Positions 26,455-39,000 of a stretch of 64,000 nt of DNA are shown in pieces (position 1 is the first letter of the stretch; each line of letters opens with the position of its first letter). A model generated the notes under the pieces. It was not told the DNA's origin and searched no databases. It saw nothing but the letters and a program-made list of their open reading frames with translations. Source of the stretch: Octopus sinensis (taxonomy: Eukaryota); assembly GCF_006345805.1 (NCBI RefSeq), contig NC_043011.1, positions 56,060,464 to 56,124,463 of the forward strand. Reading direction: 5' to 3'. The translations under genes were made by a program, and so were the position numbers.

Positions 26455-26900
26455 TGTTCATCATCATTGTTCGACCGTGGTCGAGACAATGGAATTTACT
26501 ATGTTACGCCAGACCTCACGGTCCATCATAGCATTACGGAGGACCCGTCGCTGGATGCCTGTATCCCTGGAGATTACATCAGGGTAGGAGAGTGTGTGCC
26601 CTCTGGTATCATGAGCAGAAGGCTTCCAGAGGAGAAGAGTAGAAATTACCTCATTTTCAGCTCTACAACAATGTCCAGCAAACTGACTCTTCTACCTTTC
26701 ACAAGAGATGATACAGGTGGTAGTTTCCCAGGTTCAATGTATGCAGCATCGGATCCTGCTACTGGTAAACTGTAAACCAGTACAACCTGTGTCAGTGGGG
26801 TAGAAAGGGCTCCTTAGCCATAGTGAAAGCAATCTGTCTAGGGAGATAACCTTAGAATAAATCACTCAGTCCGTAGCTTAGAAATACTGGGTTGACGTTT
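26455..26900 (-). mobile_element. Probable RTE-derived fragment
   Basis: minus-strand 3' end gtctcgaccacggtcgaacaatgatgatga resembles an RTE tail; no coding motif recognised. Confidence 0.35.
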
Positions 26901-27429
26901 CATGGAGGAGGAAAGATCTTCTTTAGTTTCCTGTTAGTCATTCTAATATGGCCTCACACTGTCACAGTTAACCCTTACATGACCACTCCTGGTCAAGTTT
27001 TATTGTGTTTGTCACTAAAGTATATCATGTCTGTAGTTCAAGGTTTATAGGTGTCTCCTAAGTGATTTGTTGTGTACCTGTATGCTACAGCTTTATTACA
27101 CAATAACACCAAGAGAAATATATTGTTGGACACAATAATTTGCATTACATTAAAAAAGAAAGGTGATTTAGCAGTAAAAAAAATTCTGTAAAATAAAACA
27201 GAACGTGCAAATATTTTTGTGGCTGATTCATCCAATCCAATGAAATAATTAGAAATGGAGGTGACATTGCATAACATTTTGAATAAATTGAATCACCTGA
27301 GGATATGTTTATATTAGAAGAGGCCATGTGAAGACAACCATGAAATAAAGTAACAGAATCATCACGATGTACTGACAACTTTTCCATTCTTGCATGGATC
27401 TGATGGAATTTGTTGAGGCAGATTTTCTA

Positions 27430-28025
27430 TGGCTGGATGCCCTTCTTATTTCTTTCTTTATTGCCCACAAGGGGCTAAACATAGAGGGACAAACAAGGAC
27501 AGACAAAGGTGCTGAATTGGTGGATGTTGTTGGAGTGTGGGATGAGATTCCTTGCAATATTTGTTGTAACTCATTGCACCCCGAGTTCAAACCTTGCCAA
27601 AGTCAACTTTGTCTTTTGTCCCTTCGGGTTCAATAAAAAAGTACCAATCTAAGGTGTTGGATTGGCAGGACTGTTAAATGATTGGGAGAGATACCTGGTA
27701 GTATTTTCCCAGTTCTTTGTGTTCTAATAGCAACACCTGTAATGATGCTGGTACCAATCTGCATTGGTCCAAGTTGGCAGTATTTTCCTTGGATAAGCTT
27801 TGTTGGCATGGAGAGGAGCAACTGCCAGCTTCCTTGAAAAAATTTTGCCCAAGCTTGCCTAAAACACACACATCGACCTCAGTGCGTAACTGGTACTTAA
27901 TTTATCGACCTCGAAAGGATGAAAGGCAAAGTCGACCTCAGCGGAATTTGAACTCAGAACGTAACGGCAGACGAAATACTGCTAAGCATTTTGCCCGGCG
28001 TGCTAACGTTTCTGCCAGCTCACTG
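27430..28025 (-). mobile_element. SINE family 2 copy interrupted by the 365-bp duplicate
   Basis: 27430-27506 and 27872-28025 are consecutive parts of the family consensus seen intact at 48064-48288. Confidence 0.85.
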
Positions 28026-28436
28026 CCTTCTTGTTACTCACCCTTACCTGTTTCACCTGTAGCGAAGTAATCTTTCCCCCATGGTGAGATATGTTTTCCA
28101 TGAAAGACTGCAAACAAACACCACCACTCGTATGATGGTGATGTTCTTCATCGGACATCACATGATGTCAGACAACGGTACACCAAATCCTCTCATAAGG
28201 CTTTGGTTAACTCAGGGCCGTTGTGGATGACACTTGCCCAAACTGCTGCACTGTGGGATTGAACCTGAAACCACAAGTTTGGGAAGCAAGCTTCTCAAAC
28301 ACAAACCTACACCTGATCCTAATGACAGAGAGATAATGGTCAACGAAAGTATTAGTACCTTATAAGAAAAAAAAACCCCACTATTTTAAAAGTGTAGTTA
28401 GTTATGTTATTGTCTGGAATTTTCCTGCATTTACAG

Positions 28437-28570
28437 GTGATGGCCTCTGAACTAACGATGTACGAATCCCAGGCAAGTGAAGATAAATATGAGAAAGAAA
28501 GGCTTGCAAGGGAGCTGCAGGAAGTGAAGAAGAAATATTTCCTTCAGAAAAAGAAAGAGGAACAACAAAA
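28437..28570 (+). CDS. CFAP58: CFAP58 penultimate coding exon
   Basis: tacAG|gtg...aa|GTaagt, phase 0-2; VMASELTMYESQASEDKYEKERLARELQEVKKKYFLQKKKEEQQ. Confidence 0.94.
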
Positions 28571-28716
28571 GTAAGTATGCTTGTTTTGTTTGTGTGTGTG
28601 TGTGTGTGTGGTGTGCATGTGGTGTGGTGGTGTGTGTGTTTGCATGTGTGGTGTGGTGGTGGTGTTGTGTGTGTGTGTGCGCGCATGTGTGTGTGTGCGT
28701 GTGTGTGTGTGCATGC

Positions 28717-28756
<40 letters not shown>

Positions 28757-28774
28757 GTGTGTGTATCTATACCT

Positions 28775-30845
28775 GTTCAGGCCCAGATGAGGGAGTGCAT
28801 TGTTGTACACCATGTCACCAAACATCCCACAGTCCTCTCCTCCTTCCTGTCAACAAGCATCGAGTTGGCTCAAACTTGTTGTCCAGGTCCTCACTAAGGT
28901 TCTGTTTCACATTGGGCCATTCCAATTTGCTGCCCATTCCACTGTTGCATGCAGACAGCTTCAAGGAGCTACAGGTGAGAGCTGGGTGTCAGATGAGGAC
29001 CAAGTCAGACACACCACCCTACCCAGATATCCTATGCACACCCTACCGGCTTCGGAGAGCAGGTTGAGCCAACTCGATGCTGGTCCAAAGGGAGAGAAAG
29101 AGGACTGAGCAGTGTTCAAGGATGTGGTATACAACACTGCATTCACTCATCAGGGTCAGAACAGGTGTAGCCACCAAGACTGGTTCAACGGCAACAACGA
29201 GGAAATTCAGAAGCTGCTTGATGTGAAGTATGAAGCCTACAGAATCTCTCAACAGGACAGTACATTAGCTTCCATGAAAGCAGCCTACAATGCCACCAAA
29301 AGCAAAGTGCTGGCAAAGCTCAGAGAAATGAAGGATTCTTGGCTCACTAACAAAGCAGATGAGGTACAGGAGTACGCTGACAGCAAAAAATTCAAACGCT
29401 TTTACCATGGCCCTCAAAGCCACCTATGGGCCACAGTCCTCCGGATCATTGCTGCTGCCCAGTGCTGACGGAACAATTCTCTTCACTGAGAAAAGCGCAA
29501 TCCTGGAAAGGTGGGCAGAGCACTTTAACAACGTCCTGAGCAGGTTTTCCTCCCTCTATCAATACTGAGACCGTTGCTCGCATGTCCCAAGCTAACATGA
29601 ACACTTCTCTGGCAGAGCATCCAACAGAAGCAGAGCTCCAGAAAGCAATTAATCTTCTCTCATGAACATTGAGGATGAAGTCAATACGTGCATCACCAAG
29701 GGAAGCTCAACAGTCGGGCAGCTACGTGAATCAGTGTGGGAGAGGCAAGACATTAGGCTGGCCGCCAAGTTGAAGGTGTATCAAGCGGCTTGTACTACTT
29801 ACACTATAGTACGCCTGTGAGATTTGGACTGTTTAGGAACTCCTCGCCAAATAGCTCAACCACTTCCACATGAACTGCCTGAAAAAGCTAATAAAAGTCA
29901 CATGGCAAGATAAGGTCCCAGATACGGTGGTCCTCTCCAGAGCTGATCTGCCAAGCCTTGCTGAGGAGAACACATTTCAGATAGGCAGGCTATCTGGTTT
30001 GAATACTTGACATGCAACTCCCTATGAGACTGTTTTACAGCAAACTGGCAGAGGGCAAGCACCAAGCGCATGCGAGGTGGACAGAAAAGGCGCTTCAAGG
30101 ATATACTCAAAATCTCACTGAAGGGCTTTGAGATCAACCCCGACACCTGGGAAACACAACCGCAAGACTGTCCTGCCTGGCGAAGCTGCTGTTGCTGTTG
30201 AGCGAAGCGGTCTTCGTCCCAGAGCTCGCAAAATCGCACCTCTGTAGTGGGAGAAGTCTGAAATGCAGTCCTTTGCTATTCGTAAGACCCGCAGAAGAGA
30301 AAGCAGGTCAACCCCCAACACTGAGAGCATCGACGGATGGATGAATGCGCACCCAGGCTCAGCGGTTGCGTAGGAAGTCGGGGACAAGAAACAGGAAGAA
30401 AGAGTGAGAGAAAGTTGGAGCGAAAGAGTACATCTAAAGCTCCACGGGCTCCGGCCCATGCCGGAGCCTCGTGGAGCTTTAGATGTTTTCGCTCAATAAA
30501 CACACACAACACCCAGTCTGGGAATCGAAACCGCGATCCTCTGACCGTGAGTCCGCTGCCCTAACCATTGGGCCATTGCGCTTCCACTGGCGAAGCTGCT
30601 CCAACAGAGGTATCACCTCTTACAAACAGAATAGGACTGCAAAGACACAAAATAATGAACCACACAAAGTCCAGGGCCAACTCCTTGCCTTCAGTTCCAA
30701 CAAATGATCAGTACCCTCCAATCTATTAGAGAGCCTTCCAAGGACACATTGGACTGATCGATCGCAACCTGGCGGATTGTGCCCCGTTTTCTCCTCCCAG
30801 GTGTTGTCCTTGGTCATCCATCGACACCGACGGACGAACTAATAA
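28775..30845 (+). mobile_element. Decayed, internally deleted RTE (BovB-like) LINE with inverted 5' piece and SINE insertion
   Basis: HQDWF..N.EEIQKLL, KALKATYGP, ERWAEHFNNVL, GGQKRRFKDILK, PDTWE..QD..AWRS; 3' end ..gacaccgacggacgaac. Confidence 0.85.
30191..30586 (-). mobile_element. tRNA-derived SINE family 1 with 14-bp TSD
   Basis: CTGGCGAAGCTGCT at 30177-30190 and 30587-30600; RTE frame WRSC resumes as WRSCSNRGITSY. Confidence 0.92.
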
Positions 30846-31116
30846 GTATGTGTGTGTGTGTGTGGGGGGGGTATATGTATCTGTGTGTGTGTGTATGTAT
30901 GTATATATGTATGTATCTCTGTGTACATATGTGCATGTCTGTGTATGTGTGGTGTGTGTTTGTGTGGTGTGTGTATGTGTGTGTATTTAGTGTGTGTGTG
31001 TGTGTATGTATCCGTGTGTATGTATCCGCATGTGTGTATGTGCATGTCAGTGTGAATATGTGTGGTGTGTGTGTGTGTATGTATATGTATATTTACTGCT
31101 TTATTCTTCTTTCCAG

Positions 31117-31237
31117 GGAACGGGAACACACATTGGCTCAGAGTGGTCTACCTTCGATCTATCCTCACAAACAAACCGGAAGTCGATATACTGGGGGAGG
31201 ATTTAATCTGAGGCCACCAGATAAGACTGCGGCTTAA
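31117..31237 (+). CDS. CFAP58: CFAP58 last coding exon (stop TAA 31235-31237)
   Basis: ttccAG|g, phase 2 matches the previous exon; EREHTLAQSGLPSIYPHKQTGSRYTGGGFNLRPPDKTAA*; the TGGGF motif is conserved in the CFAP58 C-terminus. Confidence 0.9.
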
Positions 31238-32435
31238 ACACAACTAAACACTGTGTACAGTTGTTTTTATTTTTGTGTGGCTGCTGTGATGAAAGTTATG
31301 TCCCTTTGTTTATATGTATTTGTGTATGCATGTGTGAGTGCACGACAATGTCTGTGCGTCCATGTGACATCCTCTGTTGTTGAGGTTCCTAGCTGAGCCG
31401 GTATCTCGAATTCCCTTGAACAAGTCCAGTCTAAACGGTAATTGACCCTTTAAGTAAATCAATGACGAAACCTAAAGGTCGAACTAGAAAATACAACGAA
31501 AATAAGTTATTTCCACGTTGAACTTATATTAATTTCTAACATAATCACAGAAGTCATTTAAAAGAGAAGAAAAAATGTCGGTTATATCAACTTCCGTACT
31601 TGCCATAGAGGCTGACAGATTACCAGAATAGCCAGAAGATTGGATGCCTGACAGTATTTGTTGTGGCTCTTTATGTTCTGAGTTCAAATTCTTTCCAGGT
31701 GTACTCTGTCTTTCATCTTTCATATGTCTATGAAATAGAGTACCCGTCAAGTACCAGTGTCGACACAATCAACTATTTTCTCTCTCCAAATTTCTAGCCT
31801 TTTGCTCATGTAAGGAATTTGTAATGGCAAAATTAATAAAACGCTGGGCAAAATGCCTGGTAGTTTTTATCAATGTCCCTTTATATTGTAATTTGAAGCC
31901 CCTCTTGTATTGATTTCTGTTCTCATCGTTCCGGTGTCGCTAAAATAAGCACAAATCAAACAATAGCTGTGTTGCTATAACGAATTGTATTCCTTCCTTT
32001 AAAGGCAAACAAGCTGGCAGAAACATTAGCATCTCAGACAAAATGCTTAGTGACATTTCTTTCAGCTCTTTATGTTCTAAGTTCAGATCCCATCGAGCTC
32101 AACTTTGCCTTTAATTCTTTCGGGGTCGATGTCAAATACTGGGGTCAATGCAATCGATTTGCCCCCTCCCCTCAAAAACTGCTGGCCTGGAGATCAGTTA
32201 GAGACTCCACAAACTGAGGATCGTACCGTCACGTGTGTGTGTGTGTTTGTGTGTTTGTGTGTGGTTTGTGTGTTGTGTGTGTGTGTGTGTATGATGTGCT
32301 TATACGTTTATCTACTTCTGTAAGTGTGAGAATAAAGCAAAACCTGTGAGATAATATGTATTTCGTTGCATGTCTATACGAACGAATATGGGTGTGAATT
32401 AATGCGAATCTATGAGAGAATATGTGCTTGACAAT

Positions 32436-32474
<39 letters not shown>

Positions 32475-33241
32475 ATATGCGAAGTGTATCACGGCTGATA
32501 TTACCAATCGGTTTCGCGCTAGGGGTACGTCGGAGAGTTAGGTAATTATCCAATTACCGGCTACCTCTGATGAGTGTAGGGTTATATAATTGGATTGTTA
32601 GCTAACACTCCGTTGTATCTCAAGCGCGAAACCAATTGGTAAGATCAGCTGTGATGGATATATAATACTGTACACTTCAGATAATACCCCACGAGTGCAT
32701 TCTAATATACGAGTGCGTTCTTTTCCTGACTTATGGAATTCTAGACGACTTACACACCTTTATATAGGAGTGGCGAACAGTGAGAATGACTACACATCAC
32801 TACCACTGGATAAATATTTTCTTTATTTTTTAGATTTACGATGCCACCAAAATGTCTCATGCCAAGCATTGCAATTTTCAGTATTCCAATCATAAAAGTT
32901 TGTAAACTGTCATCATTCTGGATTATGGCTAGCAGAATCGAAAACGGAAGCAGAGTACCAACATTTTAAAGTGGAACACTGAAAACTGCTGTGCTTCGCT
33001 TGATACATTTGTGAGATGGTAAATATACCAAGAAAATGTGTGTGTGTGTATCGTTAGCACGCTGGACAAAATGCTTTGCAGTATTTCGTCTGTCTTTACG
33101 TTCTGAGTTCAAATTCCGCCAAGGCCGACTTTGCTTTTCATCCTTTCAGGGTTAATAAATAAGTACCTGTTGAATACTGGGGTCGATGTAATCGACTCAT
33201 CCTCTCCCCCAAAATTACTGCCCTTGTGGCATAATTTGAAG

Positions 33242-33281
<40 letters not shown>

Positions 33282-34539
33282 TTATGGTCGATCAGTATCT
33301 TCCTGTTCAGAGTTTCCCCTCTAGGTCCTTAGGATCTTCAGGTAAGTTGTAACTCTGATGAAGATCCGGTGCACCGACAGGTGAAACGGAGAGTAGTAAG
33401 AGACTGGCTCAACCAAAAAAAAAACAAACATTATTAATTTAAAATATGGTATTGAGCACTCTTTTTATAAGTTAAAACTAAACAGGTACACACACAACAC
33501 ACACACACACATATATATATATATAATATGCGAAGTGTATCACGGCTGATATTACCAATCGGTTTCGCGCTAGGGGTACGTCGGAGAGTTAGGTAATTAT
33601 CCATTACCGGCTACCTCTGATGAGTGTAGGGTTATATAATTGGATTGTTAGCTAACACTCCGTTGTATCTCAAGCGCGAAACCAATTGGTAAGATCAGCT
33701 GTGATGGATATATAATACTGTACACTTCAGATAATACCCCACGAGTGCATTCTAATATACGAGTGCGTTCTTTTCCTGACTTATGGAATTCTAGACGACT
33801 TACACACCTTTATATAGGAGTGGCGAACAGTGAGAATGACTACACATCACTACCACTGGATAAATATTTTCTTTATTTTTTAGATTTACGATGCCACCAA
33901 AATGTCTCATGCCAAGCATTGCAATTTTCAGTATTCCAATCATAAAAGTTTGTAAACTGTCATCATTCTGGATTATGGCTAGCAGAATCGAAAACGGAAG
34001 CAGAGTACCAACATTTTAAAGTGGAACACTGAAAACTGCTGTGCTTCGCTTGATACATTTGTGAGATGGTAAATATACCAAGAAAATGTGTGTGTGTGTA
34101 TCGTTAGCACGCTGGACAAAATGCTTTGCAGTATTTCGTCTGTCTTTACGTTCTGAGTTCAAATTCCGCCAAGGCCGACTTTGCTTTTCATCCTTTCAGG
34201 GTTAATAAATTAAGTACCTGTTGAATACTGGGGTCGATGTAATCGACTCATCCTCTCCCCCAAAATTACTGCCCTTGTGGCATAATTTGAAGTAATAATA
34301 ATAATAATAATAATTATTATTATTATTATTATTATTTTATGGTCGATCAGTATCTTCCTGTTCAGAGTTTCCCCTCTAGGTCCTTAGGATCTTCAGGTAA
34401 GTTGTAACTCTGATGAAGATCCGGTGCACCGACAGGTGAAACGGAGAGTAGTAAGAGACTGGCTCAACCAAAAAAAAACAAACATTATTAATTTAAAATA
34501 TGGTATTGAGCACTCTTTTTATAAGTTAAAACTAAACAG

Positions 34540-34540
<1 letters not shown>
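32436..34540. repeat. Tandem duplication, 2 x ~1.05 kb, bounded by (CA)n tracts
   Basis: near-identical units offset 1050 bp (identical ORFs at 32695 and 33745). Confidence 0.95.
32559..32650 (+). ncRNA. Type-I minimal hammerhead-like motif (duplicated at 33609-33700)
   Basis: CTGATGA 32567-73, stem II GTGT/GCGC, GAAAC, palindromic ACCAATTGGT, GTA triplet; stem I imperfect. Confidence 0.5.
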
Positions 34541-34579
<39 letters not shown>

Positions 34580-34897
34580 GGAAGTGAGTGAAGAAACGAA
34601 AGCAAGTAGCACTCCACATATTTCGTTGCAGTTATATGTATCTAATAACAGTTTGCCTCGACGCTCCATTATTCAGTTTCGTTGGTGTGGGACACATCAG
34701 CCTTGTCTGTCCTTGAATATCTGAAGTTGTGTATTTTTGTCAAACTGTTATAACATATGTGTGTGTATGTGTGAGTGTGTGTATGTGTTATATATGTTAT
34801 ATATTTATATGTATGTATATATGTATATGTATATATATACATATATATAGTATATATATATATATATATACATATATATATAAGTATATATATATAT

Positions 34898-34930
<33 letters not shown>

Positions 34931-35163
34931 ATTTGTATATATATGAATGCATTTGTATATGTATGTATATTAGTATATACATGTGTATATATATATATAT
35001 TTATAAATTTTATATATATGTGTATATATATGTATTTGTATATAAATGTATATGTATATATATATATATATGAATATGTATTTATCTATATGTATGTGTA
35101 TATATTTATCTATATATATATGTATATATGTGTATATATATATGTATGTACGTATATATATGT

Positions 35164-35194
<31 letters not shown>

Positions 35195-35588
35195 CACACA
35201 CACAAATCAGTATATATGTGTGTCTGTCCATGACTATGTGTAAACATAAATCGTACATGAACTACATTTTTTAAACATTTAAAAAAAATACAAAACAAAA
35301 ACAACAAAAAAACTCAGAGGAATCGACGATATTTTTCTTCTTCTGTGGGTATTTGTCACAATAATCTAAATATTTTTTTATAGAACATAATTATTTCTCA
35401 AAAATCGTCTCCTTTTGCCCATCAAATTCGGCCAGCATTGCTTCTGGTGATGATGTGGTTCGGCCGATTGGCTTTCTGGATGCATTCAGCATCTTTGAAG
35501 CCAACGAGATATTTTTCAATTGTTTGGTAGTGTTTTGACTGTGGAACCAAATCCTTTTTGTTTTTACCTTGATCTAAGGAAGAAGCAA

Positions 35589-35626
<38 letters not shown>

Positions 35627-35829
35627 ATATTGTTAATATTTCTGGTCAATTCTGGCATCACTTTGTGATCACAAAGAGGAAGCGGTTTCGAATAATTAGA
35701 ATGCTGATGTTCTTCGTCTGTTTTATATCAACGCTCCAAGATTAATGAATTAAACTGAATTTCTGAATATCTCTAAATCAACGGTGTTGTGTTGGACAGT
35801 ATCTGTATACCTAAGAGTTGGTCTTCTCT

Positions 35830-35917
<88 letters not shown>

Positions 35918-36118
35918 GCTGTTGTCTCTTTGAACACGATGTATAAGTGTTCAGTATTGAGGACAGAAGTAACTCCAACAAGTTTGAAGTAATAAGAAGA
36001 GGGCAACGTTCAGACAAATGGGGCCCGTTAAGCTGCAAAGTCACAGGGAACATACACAACAATGGCACACATACAAACACACACACACACAATACATACA
36101 TACATACATACATACATA

Positions 36119-36940
36119 CAACTAAACCTCCATAAATTAGAGACCCCTAAACAAGTATTACCCTTACCAGTATTGGAATCCTTATCATCAGCTGCCGAAC
36201 GAATATCATTATGATTTTGATACCTAAGGCAGTGTCATCGCATAAGGCGGTGTCAGCAGCGTTAAAGCATAAATACTGCTTGAGAATTAATAGTTACGAA
36301 GTAGGAGCGAACCCCCCCACCACCATATATATTATAATTTCGCTTGGGCATAGTGATACTAATAACAAGTTGTTTGAACTCAATAGACTTACGCTTCAGA
36401 GTAGAGCGTCAGGTAAGTACAGGGTGTAACGTTAGTTATTGAATAACAAGGGAACAGGAATCAACTTTATTAGGCTACAGCTGTTTCTGCTATAAACAAG
36501 GTGTACAATGAGAGCTGAGTGCTTGTGCAACATCGTATAGCTTCTTTAGAGCCATTTAAAGGAAGTTATGTTAAAGGAGAGCATTTAAAATAACATACAT
36601 ATAAAGGAAACTGATTAATGGCATTCCCACTATACACACATACCTACTCTTATGACATATACACACACACATATAATGGTAAGGCCTTTTGTGTGTTGCC
36701 CCATAGAATGTTATTGAGTGCACAGTACTTGCATTCTGTCTCGCAAATTCTTATGTTGCCGTGGATCGTGATCAGCTGAAATATTGGGGTATTTGCTTAA
36801 AGATTCCCAAAGCCTTATGCGATGACACTGCCTAGGTATCAAAATCATAATGATATTCGTTCGGTAGCTGATGATAAGGATTCCAGTACTGGTAAGGGTA
36901 ATACTTGTTAAGGGGGCTCCAATTTATGGAGGTTTAGTTG
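36119..36940. mobile_element. MITE, ~130-bp TIRs, TA-flanked
   Basis: TA|CAACTAAACCTCC...GGAGGTTTAGTTG|TA; arms 36119-36248 and 36812-36940; no transposase. Confidence 0.85.
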
Positions 36941-38613
36941 TATGTATGTATGTATGTATGTTTTCTTTCCCCACAACCCAAAGAACCTGGTTGTTTCCAG
37001 TGGCAGGAGCTGGTGTTGAACTTAGAAGGTTCGAAGGCAGAACCGATACCATTGCTTACATCACTGAACCGTGACATACTGCAGTATTCAGTCAGAGCAA
37101 CACTTGTGTTAGTTACGAACCACAAGATGCGACTCACAAATTTTGCACTCAATCTAAGGATTCCTTTTAAACATGCACCTTATGTTTCATGCTAATAAAT
37201 CTCTGAACTGACTCCAGTATATTCAGAATACATATTTTACCAACACCTCAATTCAGAATCACGAAATAAAATGCTGTAGCATATTTTACATAGCATTTTA
37301 TTGTTCTGAGTTTCTCTTCTGAATTTCCAATAATAATTATGACCGAATCGGTGGTGCTACAACGGTATGTCATGTTGCATTTAAGTTCATCAATCTATGT
37401 TCTGAGCTGGAATACTACTTTGCTTCTAATTCCTTCGGGGTCAATAAATAGCCACCAGACATGTACCAGGCTCGTCTTATTAGACGTTGCTATAAGATAT
37501 TGATTTTGTGCTCAAATGACAAATTATTATTATTATTATTAAACAAAATTGAAGACTGCTTTATAGATGCACAGGTCGGCCAACAGCGGTTGTTGTACGA
37601 TTGGATGGTGAATAGTTATGGGTGATCTAGCAGCCACCCAACTGACTAAATTTTTTGTGTCACCCCATAGAATGTTATTGCTTTGTGTATTTAAAAAAAC
37701 ACTGGCTTTAATTATTTGGAGGAACCATCTGTATGAATATCGTCAGTTGCGAAGCAGTAAACATGGTTTTAATTTTATTAAAGTCATTTTCATATTTTTG
37801 TGTGAGAACCTTGCAGTTTTTATGGAATAATAAAATTCCTGAAAGCAGACTGTCGAAATGTTTAAGTACAAACACTAAAGAAGTTAGAAAACAAAAAATA
37901 ATCAATGGCATTTATTATTGTCAATGATAAACATTGTTTTGTCCGTTCCGGGCATGTACAAGAGAACTCCGGGCATGTTTCTTTATTATTAGGCCGTCTC
38001 AGTGAACACGGACATCACCGTACTTACTGATGTCCATCAAAACCAATAAACTTTTTCTATCGGATTCAGGATTATCAAATATACTTTTAAAAGATTGTTG
38101 ACCACGATGTAATACGTAGCTTTTGCACAACTCGTCTTTTATACTCTGTTTCTTTATTAGCCACAAGGGCCCAAAATAGAGGGGGACAAACAAGGACAGA
38201 CAGGACACCACAGAAGGGACAATACATAAAACGAATATGAATGAGACGATTATATAACAATCAGGTTATGAATGGCTGCATGCGCCCCTCATCACATGCA
38301 TTACCATTAATCTTTTTTTACAGTCCATTTTTATCATGTATCTACATAACAATTATCGTGTTACATACCATTGCAAGGATTTGAACCGTTGTATACAGTC
38401 TCTACAATTGTTCTTCAATTTTTCAATATTTTTTAAACATAACATAAAACACTTTACTCTTTCTTTTTTTTTTACGCTGATGACATCATTGTAATATGGT
38501 AAACCATCAAATAAGATTAGAGAGTATTGCACACCGAGTAGACCTGAAGAATTAAAACATATTCTGGACAAAAATAAAATGCTCAGCTCAAAGTGTTGAC
38601 ATTAACGTATATT

Positions 38614-39000
38614 GCGAGCTGGCAGAATCGTTAGGACGTCGGACGTAATGCTTAGCGATATTTCGTCTGCCGCTACGTTCTGAGTTCAAATTCCGCTGAG
38701 GTCGACTTTGCCTTTCGTCCTTTCGGGGTCGATAAATTAAGTACCAGTTGCGCACTGGGGTCGATATAATCGACTTATTCCGTTTGTCTGTCCTTGTTTG
38801 TCTCCTCTGTGTTTAGCCCCTTGTGGGTAGTAAAGAAATAGATATTTTGTCTGCCGCTACATTCTGAGTTCAAATTCCGCTGAGGTAGACTTTGCCTTTC
38901 ACCCTTTCGAGGTCAATAAACTAAGTACCAGTCAAGTACTGGGGTCGAAGTAAGTGAACTATCCCCCTCCCCACAAATTCGAAGCCTTGTGCCTATCATA
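38614..39000 (+). mobile_element. SINE family 2 with tandemly repeated body
   Basis: gagctggcagaa..gttctgagttcaaattccgc.gaggtcgactttgcc..ggggtcga; second partial unit from ~38845. Confidence 0.85.

Noticed and set aside
32695-33945. Identical 66-aa ORFs suggesting a duplicated gene
   Set aside because: GTG start, no splice signals or homology; simply inside the tandem duplication
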